Shown: piece by piece, positions 1 to 14,052 of the stretch | Layout of the letters: each line of letters starts with the position of its first letter | How positions within the stretch are numbered: the stretch's first letter is position 1 | Made by a program: the position numbers and the translations under genes | Notes under the pieces: model-generated | What the model was told of the DNA's origin: nothing | Databases searched by the model: none | Seen by the model: only the letters and a program-made list of their open reading frames with translations | Source of the DNA: Kondoa subrosea | Lineage: Eukaryota | NCBI GenBank assembly: GCA_039545335.1 | Contig: BCIN01000001.1 | Location: 1,857,129-1,921,128, forward strand | Length of the DNA stretch: 64,000 bases | Reading direction: 5' to 3'

Positions 1-1168
1 CTTCACTTCTTCTCAGGAATTCTAATGGTATTCTTGCTCGAGCAGAAGACACGGTAGAAGAAGAGATAGTCCCTCGGGTTGAAGAAGGGCTATCGGTTTT
101 CTGACGGGTGCGATTGTAGTTTGAGGAATAAGAAATAGTCTGAGCTGTACCGGGTGAGGTATCGTTCGGGAAGAGTCGACGATCATTAGGTGGTGAGCGG
201 TAGGAATGAGATGTGGAAGGTCGATCATCGATAGGAGGAGAACGGTAATAGTAAGGCGAATCATGAGCGCGGGAAGAAGGTCGTATGCCTGGCGTGTTGT
301 ATGTGTACTCTTGAGACTTTCTGGTTACAGGACTTGGACGAGGGGAATCGGTATAACGAGGACTGTGTCGCACGGAAGCAACTGAGATGACCGAAGATCG
401 TTTAGGATCTGCGAAAGCTTCGGAGCCAGATAAAGGGGAATGGACTTCTTCTTGTTCTGGTTCGATACTAGACTGAGTCCGTCTAGACGACCGTAGTTCT
501 CGCCGGGAATCGGTAGTTCTGATGGAGGATCGTCGCGAAGGAGCATCCGATGAAAGATCATTTTGCGAAGAGGAAGACGAGCGGCGCAGCGAAGAGGTAT
601 AGGTTCGTTCGAGAGGACTACGGCGAGCCTCATGATGAGGTGAAGCTGGTGGTGAACTGAGATGTCCATTTATCGCAGCGACAAACTATATATCGCGTAA
701 CATACGAAGATGAGCAAGACAGCTTTGCGTGCATCCGAAACATACCCTCTGACTGCGATCAGTCGTTTCTGAGTCCCGCTTCACCCTGAATTGCCTGTTG
801 CTACTCAAGCTCGCCGTTCTGCTCAGAGCTATGCTATCGTTTGACCGGTCTATAGCATCCTTTGCAGTATCTCCTGAGGTATCACTACTACTGATAACAC
901 TGTTGCGCTTGCCATTGCTTGATCTTGAGCTGTTTCCAGATACAGTCTGTTGCATAGGAGCGCTTCCCAATCCAACGTAAGAAGTTCGTGTCGTAAGACT
1001 AGGAGACCGGGTAGCCAGCAGAGAGGGCGACAGAGCTCCCAGACCGACAGTGCCTACAGGTGCATATTTACGCGAGCTTGTCTTGGTGCCAGTCTTTCCT
1101 TCCGCTCCAGCCAACGATTCGTAGCTACTGTCGGCGTTTCTGAGGTTGCCCTCGTCGTAACGAGCCAT
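1..1168 (-). CDS. Ser/Arg/Pro-rich low-complexity hypothetical protein (3' end runs off the window)
   Basis: ATG at 1168 (MARYDEGNLR...); GTATGT...TAG intron at ~686-745; frame continues FVAAINGHLSSPPASPHHEARRSP... towards base 1. No recognisable domain. Confidence 0.65.
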
Positions 1169-1266
1169 AGTGCAAGGCACAACGACACCAGGTATAATAT
1201 TCACAAAGAACTCGATGTTTGGAGAAGAAAGCTGAAGATCCGTCTGACAGGGTTTGGCGGCTTCAA

Positions 1267-3172
<1,906 letters not shown>

Positions 3173-3179
3173 AGCTTAA

Positions 3180-4250
3180 TCAAGAAGAGGTGATCTTGGT
3201 AATGCCTTTTTGTATTTGTAATAGACACATGTCGAACCATTCTGCATTATTGGGCTTCTTGTCTTTTGTTTCAAGCGAGACAGCAGCTAGAGAATCAGCC
3301 AGATCGGAAGAAGAAGCTTGATTTAGAGTTGACACGATGCTTTCACAGCATTGAGACAGATTTTGAGCAGCTTTTGGGATCTCCGTTGCTACTTGAGGAG
3401 GATGCAAGGTGATGACCAGGTTGTCTATTCGCTCCGTCATAGATGCGACCTGCCCATGTATGTCTTGTATCTGATCGGCTGGTAAAGAAGTCTTAGCAAT
3501 GCGCTTGAGTAAGAGGATGACCAGTCGTAATATGGCAGAAACTGAGACGCTGCGTTCTCGTTCCTCTTCCGACATGGTTTCTCCCTCCAGCCCAAAGTCA
3601 TCTTCGTCCTCTATCTCGTGATCTTTCTCTTCTGAGCTCTCTTCAATCATCTCTTGTAATTCGTTCAATGCATCGCTTGCAGTCTCTATATACTTTGCAA
3701 GGGCTGACCGAAATGCTGCAAGCGGACTAGGTGATGTATTGCTGAGATTATCAGCCTGTTCAAGGACCATTGCGGTGCATTGCAAGACTTCCTTCCGACT
3801 CGGTGAGTTGCGTAGTCGAGTAGCAAAAGACTGGCAAAACAAGGTGTTGGTTCATGGTTCCTCGAGAGAGAGAAGAGCAAAACGGACAAGAAGAGTTTCG
3901 AAATAAGCCAACATAGCCCATCTAATTTCATCCAGCCATATGCCTCTTGGTTTCCGTGACAGCACATCGGCAGTCGCTGCTAGATCATGAATATTCTTGT
4001 ACATTTTCGCTAGCATGCCTTGAGCGACTGTCCAATCTTCAGGTGGCTTCAAGGACAGCGATAAAGCTGTACAGTGATGTCTCGATAGCTTTGCCAGCGA
4101 TACGATGTCCTTATGTAGCGCTTGATCGCTAGGTAGACTTTCCAAGTCAGACGAAATTTGGTTACGAGCGCTCAGCAGCTGAATTTGCATTTGACACAGT
4201 TCTGACAGCTCTCGCATTTGCTTCAAGGTATCTTCCTTTGGGCTGGGCAT
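3180..4250 (-). CDS. GCIP/CCNDBP1-like (Grap2 and cyclin-D-interacting family) helical protein
   Basis: Two ORFs joined by an intron near 3850; TALSLSLKPP, CTAMVLEQADNL, DALNELQEM plus acidic tract and IDNLVITLHPPQ fit the family pattern. Confidence 0.6.
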
Positions 4251-4324
4251 CGTTGCAGCCAGCAGGATATATCGATTCCGTCACCACTGTTCGCGAAAAA
4301 CAAGTCTTTCATTATGAAACAGTG

Positions 4325-5656
4325 ATGCAACCTGACTTGCCAGCGTCCACAGTATCTAGCAAGCTGGAAACCGTCTTCATACAATCAGCATTGAATGCTG
4401 CTCTTGCGAATCAGCTTCCTTCGGCGAATGGCACGTCTTCGAACAGGCAACCTTTGTAAGCACTAGCTAGCCTGCTAGCATGGCGTCGTAATGATCCTGT
4501 ACTAGATCTATTCAAGTGACAACTCAGAACTTCAAGCGATTCGTAGCGAAATCAGGTCCTGTATGGACTGTAGCCAATTCGATTGAAGATATCCTGCTCT
4601 GGAAAGACCAGCCGAAGACCACGTTCTTCGGAATTGTTTACGGCTTGCTTTGTACGCGTCTCCGATATCTGTGTCGTCAATACTTGATGCTTTGCTTCAG
4701 GCTACAAGCCGAATCTCATCATCCTTATTCCTTCAATTTCCCTCGCTGCTACCCTGGTCTACACCTTTCTCTCTGGACCTCATACCGTTGATGACTCCTT
4801 TGATCACTTGACGATGGGAGAAGAGCCAGTCAAGCCAAATGTGGAACCTTCAGTAGAGTAAGGTCTACTTATGTAGATCGGTGCCAATGCTGAAGTTTGT
4901 CAATAGCTATATGGAGAATCTGGTACGTTGTATTCTACAGCTCGGAAGGTATAGCTTAAGCTCTTTCTGCAGCAAAACATTCAGATCGTCATGGGCCGAA
5001 CATCAGATCTTACCGACATCGGTCGGGCGATAAAGCCTTACATAGACTGGTCAACGCATCCTCGAATCTCTCTACTTCTCTTACAAGTATCTATACTCCT
5101 CACCTTCCTCTTACTCCCGTTTTTGACTCTTATACCTTGGCGCCTGATCTGCTTCCTCGGCGGTGTTGGCCCTCTGGTCGCAAATCATCCTGCTCTTCAA
5201 CCACATCTCGAAACTCTTTTCGTCTCTCTTGCATCATGTAAATCACAAGGCAAAGCTTACCTCGATCATATCATCCGAAACAACGCTTTGCCAGATTCAG
5301 TTCTAGATGCAGTCCAGATTAAAGTAGTCGACATGTTTGAAGAAGAAAAGAAAGAAGGGAACGTTTGGGTTGAACATCGATTCTTGGCTACTATCAAAGG
5401 AGAACAAGTCGTTCTCGCTGATCTGAATTTGGCCCCGCCTACTAAATTCGAATGGATACCGACGGAAAGTTGGTTTATTGATCAAAGCTGGGACACTGGA
5501 GTTTTTGATGGTGGTGAGCCATCCACATTTATGTTGCGAAATATTATGTGATAATTCTCAACAGAGGGATGGACAATTCAAACCGGTTCGCAAGCAAAAC
5601 CAGAGACGAAGAGGAAGAGAAGATGGTGTCGAAGAGCAGCAAGGGCGCCTATGTAA
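4325..5656 (+). CDS. Pex24p-family integral peroxisomal membrane protein (Pex28/Pex29-like)
   Basis: TTQNFKRFVAKSGPVW..IEDILLWKD, YMENL|QNIQIVMG, hydrophobic segments, C-terminal dysferlin-like WIPTESWFID...KRKRRWCRRA. Confidence 0.8.
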
Positions 5657-5856
5657 TATATCATGCCTGTTTGTATCATATGCTATGTACTCTTTTTTGA
5701 TCGAGCTTCTATCCTTTACTTTTTGGTATATTCACAGACCCTTTCCGTACCGTTCCGAATGCTTTTTCTCTTTGTTCGTTGTTCCCTTGAAATCTTGTTC
5801 CGTTCTGTTCTCACAGACCGAATGCCTTACTGAACCCAATATCGATCTACTTCAAT

Positions 5857-7299
5857 TCATTCATCTTCTGGTTCATAATCTTCGTCCTTCCCATCGTCCG
5901 AAGGTGTATGCGACAGCTCATCTTCGTAATCATTCTCCATCGAAGGTTGGCATACAATTCCATCTGGTAGAGCCGCAGCATACGAAGGAGCTGGTTCATG
6001 TTGACGCATAGGCGGCAGATAGTAAGTGACAGATCCACTGCTCGATTGGGAAGAATGGTAATCTTGCTGCGGTTCATATTGAGCTGAAGCATATTCTCCG
6101 TGTTCTTGACTAAGCGAGAAATGGCCTCGCTGCCAGATTGGTGATGATTGCGTGGAGTAGGTGTACTGGCTGCTGCTTCGACTGAGGCTACCTGAATCTG
6201 AAGAGGTAGAGCCACTTTGTAAAGGACTGTGCTGAGACTCGTTCATTGCTGATAATAGGCTACCCAAAGAAGATCCTTGGAACGAGTTTTGTGCAATGGA
6301 CTGATGCATAGGTGGACCAGACGATTGACAAGATTGTGCCGAGACAGGTCGATGTTGTTCGCTGTACATACCTGGAGAGGAGAATCCATTTGTAGGTAAA
6401 CGAGCCAGGCTATTGTCCGCGATTCTTCTATTGCGTGAAGAGGGCTCAGAAACAGAATGCTCAGGTCCGGTACGATTGAGCAAGAAAGAGGAAAGAGGAG
6501 CGGGCCGTTTGGCAGCAGGTAACGCAGCTCGACGTGATTCAGAATAGAGACAAGGCGATCTGAGAGCAGTCTTCACTTCGGGGAGACTAAGAAGTTGCGC
6601 TTGTGAGCTGAATGCTGCTGTTCGTGTCAATTTATAAGACTGGAGCCGGAAGCTTCTGAGCATGCGCTCACTGGGAATCTCGATTTCATGACCAAGGCGA
6701 GCCAGCTGACCTCTCAAGCAGTCATTCTCATTCCTCAAAGCCACAACTTGACGTTGCAAGGCTACATTTTCTTCAACATGACCCGACTCGTATCTCTGAA
6801 CCTTGAATTCCAGATCTTTGAGGTATGCTGCGCGGCGTTCTAGCAAGGAAGAAGCATAGACTTGAGCGATTAAAATCCTGCTCGGGAAGAAATCATTGAC
6901 ATACGCCTGAACTCACGCTGAGCTTTCCTGCTGCAAAAATTGAGAAGGGCAGTGATATAGTGTGAAGAATACCTACCGGTTTTGCATAACCTTTTTCTGC
7001 ATATCGAAAATCATCAGCAGTCCAGGTCAAATGTTCTGCCCAATCCCATGTCGGCTTACAGACACGAGTTTACCGCTTGCATCAAGTACTGCATCTTCGC
7101 CTTCTTCACTGCCGTTGCTGCGGTGCTTATTTATCATACCAGGATGAGTACTCGGTACTCGTGAATGCTGTAGAATAGGAAGTGGATGCTGTAGAGAGTG
7201 TTGAGAAAGAGGAAGACCTGGACTATACATGGCGATTTGTTGATGCTTATACTCTTGCTGCAATCCTTGCTGATAGGCGAGACTTTGAGAATACTGCAT
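5857..7299 (-). CDS. bZIP transcription factor (AP-1/Yap-like basic region)
   Basis: Spliced basic region KKVMQNR|KAQREFRQ|RRAAYLKDLEFKV followed by a leucine zipper; start MQYSQSLAY at 7299 is inferred. Confidence 0.85.
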
Positions 7300-7578
7300 G
7301 GGGGAGGATAACAAGGCCAGAATGCGAGAGAGAAAGCTTGGGAGGTTGTAGTTGCAAAGCGCGTGCAAGAACCACTTAGATAGGATAAAGTTTTCGCAGA
7401 ACCCAGTCTGATGCTGGCAAGTCACCAAGCAAGAGGGAAGAGGGAAGTAAGAAACATAGCGTAATGAGAAATGTAGCCGACCGAGATAGATTGGTTTCCA
7501 GAAGTTGTATTCCATCCATTGTGTGGAAAAAGTAAATCTAAAACCTCATAAACCCGCTACAACGCCCACGCTAAATGC

Positions 7579-10500
7579 TTACGCAGGACCGCTCTTTCTC
7601 TTCTTTTTCTTCTTCTTGGGTTCATCTTTTGTTTCCTTTCGGCTACTAGGCGCTTGCGCTTCTTCGGCCTTGCGCTTTGATGGGACACTAACAACGGTTG
7701 AGTTGCCAGGCTTCAATGTTGCGATGCGAGCATCTGCATCTTCCCAAGCGGCGTCCTCAGATTCGATTGCAAATCTATGGAAGCCAGGGCGTTTCAGTCA
7801 GATTACTATTAGAAGCATCAGATGACGCGCCTTACCTCTCTACGCCTAAAGAGTCTATCGCTTGTCTCTGCTGTTCTTTCAATTGATCGGCTACTACTTC
7901 TCCCTCTTTGCTCAGCTCTTCTTCAAGCGTTTCCGTAATGGCTGATCGCGACGCAAGCGGATTCTGAGCGGAAACATGACCATTGGTCGTCGATTCTTCT
8001 ACAATCTGAGCAGAGATATCGCTTTTCCGCACTTCTTCGACAGCGTTGACCATCTTTCGCATTGACTTGACGAAAAGGGCTAGAAGCTGACTGACAGGCA
8101 GATTAAGTTCTGTTTCGACAGCTTCGATCGGCTTCCTTTGTAGACCGAGAGCTAATAGAACAGCAGATTGAATAGCAGATAAATTTGTCACGGCTGGTAA
8201 TTGCTTGTTGAAGTACATTGAAGCCAAAAGCGGAAGCAGATCTAATACCGCGTGATAATCCAGCATATTGTTGGCGTACGAGTGCAGTCGCTTCATATCG
8301 AAAGGGCTGAAGGCTTTGCGAAGATCCGTTGTAGGATCTTTGCAGATCAAATGAGCAGTTGCCCGCCGCAGTCAAGAAATGCACACACCAGATGTTCTGC
8401 TAAGCGGTCCAGCTTCTATCTTGCACGCCTCTAGGACACTCAAAGATGTTACAGCTGCAAAATCTCTAAATTTGTATGACAGTAAGGAGATGAAACGTCG
8501 TCGGAAGTCTGTATTGCTCGCCATTAGTAATAAAAGGGTACAGTAACAGCTTTCTCACCCTCAGAGAAAGCCGTGAGCCATCCTGCAGTCTCTTCTTGTG
8601 TGGACGATAGCCCGCGCACCATTACACACGTATGCTCGCCGGTAAGGTCGTTTTCAGTCTGTCGAATGTAAAGCGGAACATAGCCCGCTCGCTTCCAGAA
8701 CTTGAACAACTGAGGAGTCAATCCGTACGAGACGCCTAGATAGTCCAACGCTTCCGGCTGCCGTTCTGCTAAGCGATGCAATAGAGGCGGCATTGTTGCT
8801 GCATCTCGACCTTTGATTGTTTCTGTATGAATATCGGCAGACTGTAGACTGATTAGCATGATGTCATTGTCGGTGAAGCGAGACTGACAGCATCCACTCG
8901 ACTGGCTTGTTCGAAGGTCTCGCTCTGATCATTCGTCTTCTGCTCGTTCAAGTTAAGCAATTGACCAGAGTAGAAAGCATCCAGAGCCTCAAGCGATCTT
9001 GATCCATAGCCCATCTGAAGCTAGATCAGCGCGGATGGCGGTAATCGAGAGTGCAACAAACTTTAGCATAATCTGGATGTACAGCTATTCTGACCACTCT
9101 AGCACCGGATAACCCAGCAAATTCATCATCTTGGAACTGTAAGACAGAGAGTTGGTAAATGAGCCCGCTATAGCGCTAATCAACATCATGTCTTACCTGC
9201 TGAGCAACAGTCCAAGGTATCAAATCACCGCTAGCTTTGATCCCTCTACTCAAGCTATTCAAAACACTTTGTTTGCTGATCTTTCCTTCCAAAGCGACTT
9301 GCATGACCACCAAAGGATCCGGTAGCGAATGATCCCCTTCTTTTAACGGCGGTAGGAGAACGAACAAGGCGTGTCCAGGTGCATCGGACATGAGTTGAAG
9401 ATCGTTAGGTGAGTTCTTGTAATGTGAAGCAACATAAAGTGCCATCATTCTTTGCAAAAATAGCTCAGAAGCAGGATGGAAAGAAAAGAGTGTATCTCGG
9501 TCGACGTAGTACAATTCACACTGCGAAGGATGAGGACATCCAGCTGTAGAGAAATTTTGCGAAGTGATTGTTGCATCGAGACACAGAAGGGAGTTGAGCC
9601 ATTTCTCAATCGAATCCGAATTACCATATCGAATCGGTTGCTCGAGCTTGATTTCACGGAAAGAACGAGAGATGGAAGCATTGCCGCGAGCTGCAGCTTT
9701 CGATGTATCTTTCTTCTCTGCCTTGTTAGCAGCGAGCGAAGGGTTGGCTGATTCTCGTAGTTGCTGGATCAGCTTCAGAGACAATGACCGACCAGTACCT
9801 TCGTAGCCGTTTACAGTAGATGCCATGAAGACAAGGTAAGGACCGAGAAGAGCTCGAACAAGCGGTAGAGGTATTGCTGCAGCTTCATCGATAACAACTA
9901 ATTCAGCTTGACCAAGAACATGAGCATCTTGAGGTTGAATATACTGTCAGCATGGCAAAAACACTTGAGCACATAAGCGAACAATCTACTTCCAGTTACT
10001 GACCTGAATAGTCTGCCTGTGATCTCTAAAGATATTGATGCGTACAACTGAACCTTTCCATTCCGGGTTACTACTCTGCACAACATCATAATCCAGATGT
10101 TCTTCATATCCAAGTTTGTCGAAACCTTTCAGCACGAATTCGAACAAAGTCTTGAGATTTTCAGGCGAGGGTGAAGTGACAAAGATATTGGAGTAAGAAT
10201 GCGCAACAGCCAAAGCTATTGATAGACCTAGTGCAGCAGATTTACCTCTTCCTCTTGCGGCCGTAAGAGCTACAGTGGACGAAAGAGTCTTGGCTGCAAT
10301 AGCATCGGTGAAAGTTAAGATCGCTTTAGCTTGGTCGATTGTGCTGGCTTCTTTCACTACTTCGCCAACTGGCTTCACACTTTCTAGACTTGCTTTCAGC
10401 TCCACTAGCTCTTGTATTTGTCGCTGCTGTGCCGCAGTGGAAGATTGCTTGTCTATAGGTCGAATATCTTTTGCTTGCGAAATAGGTAGAACGTTCAATT

Positions 10501-11226
10501 CGTCATCGAGAACAAGACAATTTGAGCAAGAGCCGAGAGATAGAATGAAACGCTCGTTGAATCGTGCTATTGGGTTTGAGGTAGCTGATTCTGTTCGATA
10601 TCGAGAATGTACATCCTGTAGATTGAAACACTTTTTTAAGAACATACAAAAATGTAGCTGAGCGTGAGTGAGCCTACCATAGACATCGTATATAATTGTT
10701 TCAGACTGGTCATGCTCTGCAACAAAAGCACAACAATTCCCCCTCCGGAAACCGTTTCGATTGTTCTCGCAAGCAAATTGGGCGTCAGCGCTTCAAAGTC
10801 TTGTAAGACCAGCATGCCGAATGTTTGACCCAAGATGTTCTCTGAATCTTTGTAGTAGGTATAGCGAATATCCGTTACTCCAACGAAAAGCTCAAAAGGG
10901 TCCATATCTCCTTCATCCCTGATCCCTCGCTTAACATCTCTCTTGACTTTCGCTTCCCTCTTCTTCCTGTTGGAAGTGAAACCTAGTTCTTTCTTATAGC
11001 ACCACAAGACATTTGGTCTGGAAGCGGCTTTCTTGCTTGTGGAAGGTGCAGAAGGTGCATCCATTCGAGCTTGGGAAAGCAAATAGTGCAAATTCACAAT
11101 CTGACGCTGTTGCTGCTGTGCATTACCGATCAAGACAAAGAGAGATCTGTGATTGTTGATGACTGAATTTCCTATCAAGTGCTGAATGCGAGAGTCTAGA
11201 GGCTTTCTCTTCTTGTCTGAAGACAT
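7579..11226 (-). CDS. KRE33: RNA cytidine acetyltransferase Kre33/NAT10
   Basis: VLWCYKKELGFTS, ILGQTFGMLVLQDFEALTPNLLARTIETV, LTAARGRGKSAALG, IDEAAAIPLP, STVNGYEGTGRSLS, SHYKNSPNDLQ, RIAVHPDY; basic C-terminal tail. Confidence 0.98.
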
Positions 11227-11265
11227 GATGCCCTTTGCTGTAGGTAGTAGAGAAAGGCTAGAAAC

Positions 11266-11447
11266 CTAGAAAATTGCAAGATTGAGGTTGATGGAAAACT
11301 TCACTGCTCGCCAAAAGGCTCTAATTTGTGATAGCAGAGCAGATGTAACGGCCAGCTATTGGTAGTGGATCTATCTGGCGGAGCTCGCTTCTCCCAAGAT
11401 AGGCCAGAGTGGACGACAGTCGTCGTTCCGTGACAGCCTGGACTTAC
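11266..11447 (-). promoter_or_regulatory. Putative long, structured 5'-UTR intron of KRE33
   Basis: GTAAGT donor at 11447, CTCAAT branch-like motif, TAG acceptor at 11266 (alternatives at 11258 and 11238); several inverted repeats inside; no ATG inside. Confidence 0.55.
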
Positions 11448-11586
11448 GTAATCTGAAAAGTGTAAATTGTCACGGTGGGTCTGAAAGAGAAAGAGGAAGG
11501 GCAAAGCAGTCACGACTGGAATTGATGTCTCGTTGCATGTAGATTGTATAGCTATATACATTGACATTTCCTCAACACTGAACGAC

Positions 11587-12932
11587 CTATACAGGCGTTT
11601 TGCCAACAGCAGCCGAATTGTAATTAACACCCAACGATTTCGCAAAGGTTTGAGCAATTTCCTCGTTGCTCTTGGTCGATGGATGTAAAGCTGCTCGTCT
11701 TAGTATCAGAATGTACGAAGAGAAAGACAAGTGAGTTGCTTACGATCGAACCAGACAAAACTGTCCGGATCACTGCACATTTGACAGCCTGGACCACCAG
11801 CGGTAGTTGGACATTGCTGGCACCAATTTGTGATATTGACTGAAGATCCATAGACTTGTTGTGGATTGGCAAGCAGACTTTGGAAGAGGCTGTGGGTATC
11901 AAAGAATGTGATTGATGCTTCGCTAGCGTTGTTTACTTGATACGGGATGTAGGCTTTTTGCAAAGCATTGTTTGCGGCAACCAGTTGTTCTGCGATGATT
12001 GCGACAGCGGTACCTGTGTCCACATGTGAGCGTAAGTCTACCTAAGCCGATACTATTACTCACCATTCTGTATAACATACTGACTATATCCTGCAAAGTC
12101 GTCTGCCGAGAAATAAGGGGTTCTTTGCAGAGGTCTGTAGAAGAGTTCAGCGAGATCTACTTGGCGATCGCTAAGATGCTCACAGCTGGTTGAACAGGAC
12201 AATACGAGTGAATCCAACCGATATCAGTTGATCGACCCGTTTTACAACACAATCAGCTTCATCTGGGATCGTTCGGCCTTCAGCTAGTACTTCAGTAGGC
12301 GGATCGTATTGAAGAACATTGGTAAAGAAGTTGACATCGTTAGTTCTGCAATATGCAGATCAGTCAGCGTCATGACGACTGGAAGAGACAAACGAACCCG
12401 ATGAAGACCACGGCCAGAGCAGTATTGAACGAGAAGTCTGATCCCTCGTAGGAAACAAACTTTTCAATCTGTTCCTCAACGCCTGGAACCGATACTTGGG
12501 ATCCGTTGCTTGCTGCTGTGTAGCGATCAAAGTATTTATTGCTGTTCTTGACTCAGATAGGCTGGATCTAATGCAGATTAGACTCACGAGCAGGTAGCTG
12601 CAGAAGTTGCATATGTATGCGCCTTGATGCCTGTAGCATTCTGGAAGATCTCCGGCCAAGAGAATCCGCCAGATGCACGACCAGTTGGTGGAGCTGTTTA
12701 AGAGAGAGTGAGCTTATGTAATCACGGTTGGCAAAAGCGTACGAGGGCATTTGGGGAAAGGGTAGCCAGCGGTAACGTTTGCAGCAGAGGTCAAGCGCCA
12801 GAGATTGCAATTGTCGGAATATGAATCACCGAAGACGACTATATCCTTTAGATCATTGTTGCGAGCCTCGATAGCTGCTCCATTGACCGAAAGAGCGAGA
12901 GCACTGAAAGCAATACAGAACTTTGAAAGCAT
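11587..12932 (-). CDS. Secreted SGNH/GDSL esterase (CE16 acetylesterase-like)
   Basis: Signal peptide MLSKFCIAFSALAL; IVVFGDSYSD block I; C-terminal PDSFVWFD..LHPS catalytic D/H motif across an intron. Confidence 0.88.
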
Positions 12933-14052
12933 GGTTCGACTGGGGAATGGAACGGAGCAAGGAAGAGCTACATGCGCTGAGCCTCCAGATACCCGCAATA
13001 TCGGAGAAAATCACAGAAATAGGACAAATGGAAAAATGACCGCATAGTCCAGCTTAGCCAGAACCATTCAAGAGTCCCTTTGCGAACTGGAGGCATGACT
13101 AATAGCGAGCAGCTAGCGGCAACACTTTAAACCATATGGAATAGCTGTCTGACAAGCTGTCTTTTCGACACCCAAATCGGACCTGTTGGCATCATCGAGA
13201 CTCTGGTAGACAGCGCAGGCTCTGGTCGCTCGTTGCTGGATAGACAAGGTCCCAAGGACATGTAACGATTGCGCTGCTCCAGCTCATCGAGATCACTGTT
13301 ATGGAACGAACGTTCAAAGCCTAGCAATGCCTTTTCGAAGAGATTGATTGCGGTTGCGGATGATGTCCGGAAAGCGGTCTCTTGGTGTCCTACGAAGAGC
13401 TTCTTTGCATTCTCTGTTTTCCTGCTCTGAAAACGATCTCGTTCAAAGGCTCGCTGCTGCTTATATTCGTAAACAGCATATTGTCAGTCCGTCTTTTCTT
13501 GCACTTTTTGTTTGGTCAGACGCCCGTGAACCCTCCTTGCTCTATCTTTCCCTAGTAAAGGGCGACATTTTGCCATTCGGCGTATCTTCCTGCAAGAAAC
13601 AGCCGAAAGAAAGACATTTTGTACTCTGCAATCTATTCTCATCACTGCAGTAGTATGCCAATGTCTGAGTGCTTCTCTTCATCTTCATTGGTCGGCGCTG
13701 ATGTTTTTTCGGCAACGCATTTGGGTGTCGAAGACAATGAGAAAAAGCTCTGACGTGGATTCTTTGATATAGCTAACGAATTATACAGGGATTGGTCTGA
13801 GCATCACCAACAGATCGTCGAACAGCAAGCGCATTCTGGGTACAGTGAGATTGGTGAGTTCTTCAAACTCAGGGGTGATCTATCGCCGAAATGTACACAG
13901 GGATGCCATTATGACAGCATGATTAAGTCTTTACTGTATTCTTGAGTTCTCGCGTTGTGACAATGCTCGAGTTCGACCAAAGCTTCGACTGCCCGACATC
14001 ACTGTCACGTATCGTGCTTCATCCCCTTACCGCCATATACCTTGTATACAAG

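Noticed and set aside
11266..11480. TPP riboswitch in the KRE33 leader intron
   Set aside because: Lacks the conserved CUGAGA and UGAU...AAUNCCAGCG TPP aptamer motifs.
11286..11486. Plus-strand box C/D snoRNA (snR4/snR45-like) next to KRE33
   Set aside because: The C box is poor, the 18S-antisense 8-mer is not next to a D/D' box, the U13/snR45 guide CCUUGUUACGAC is absent, and G-U pairing favours the minus strand.
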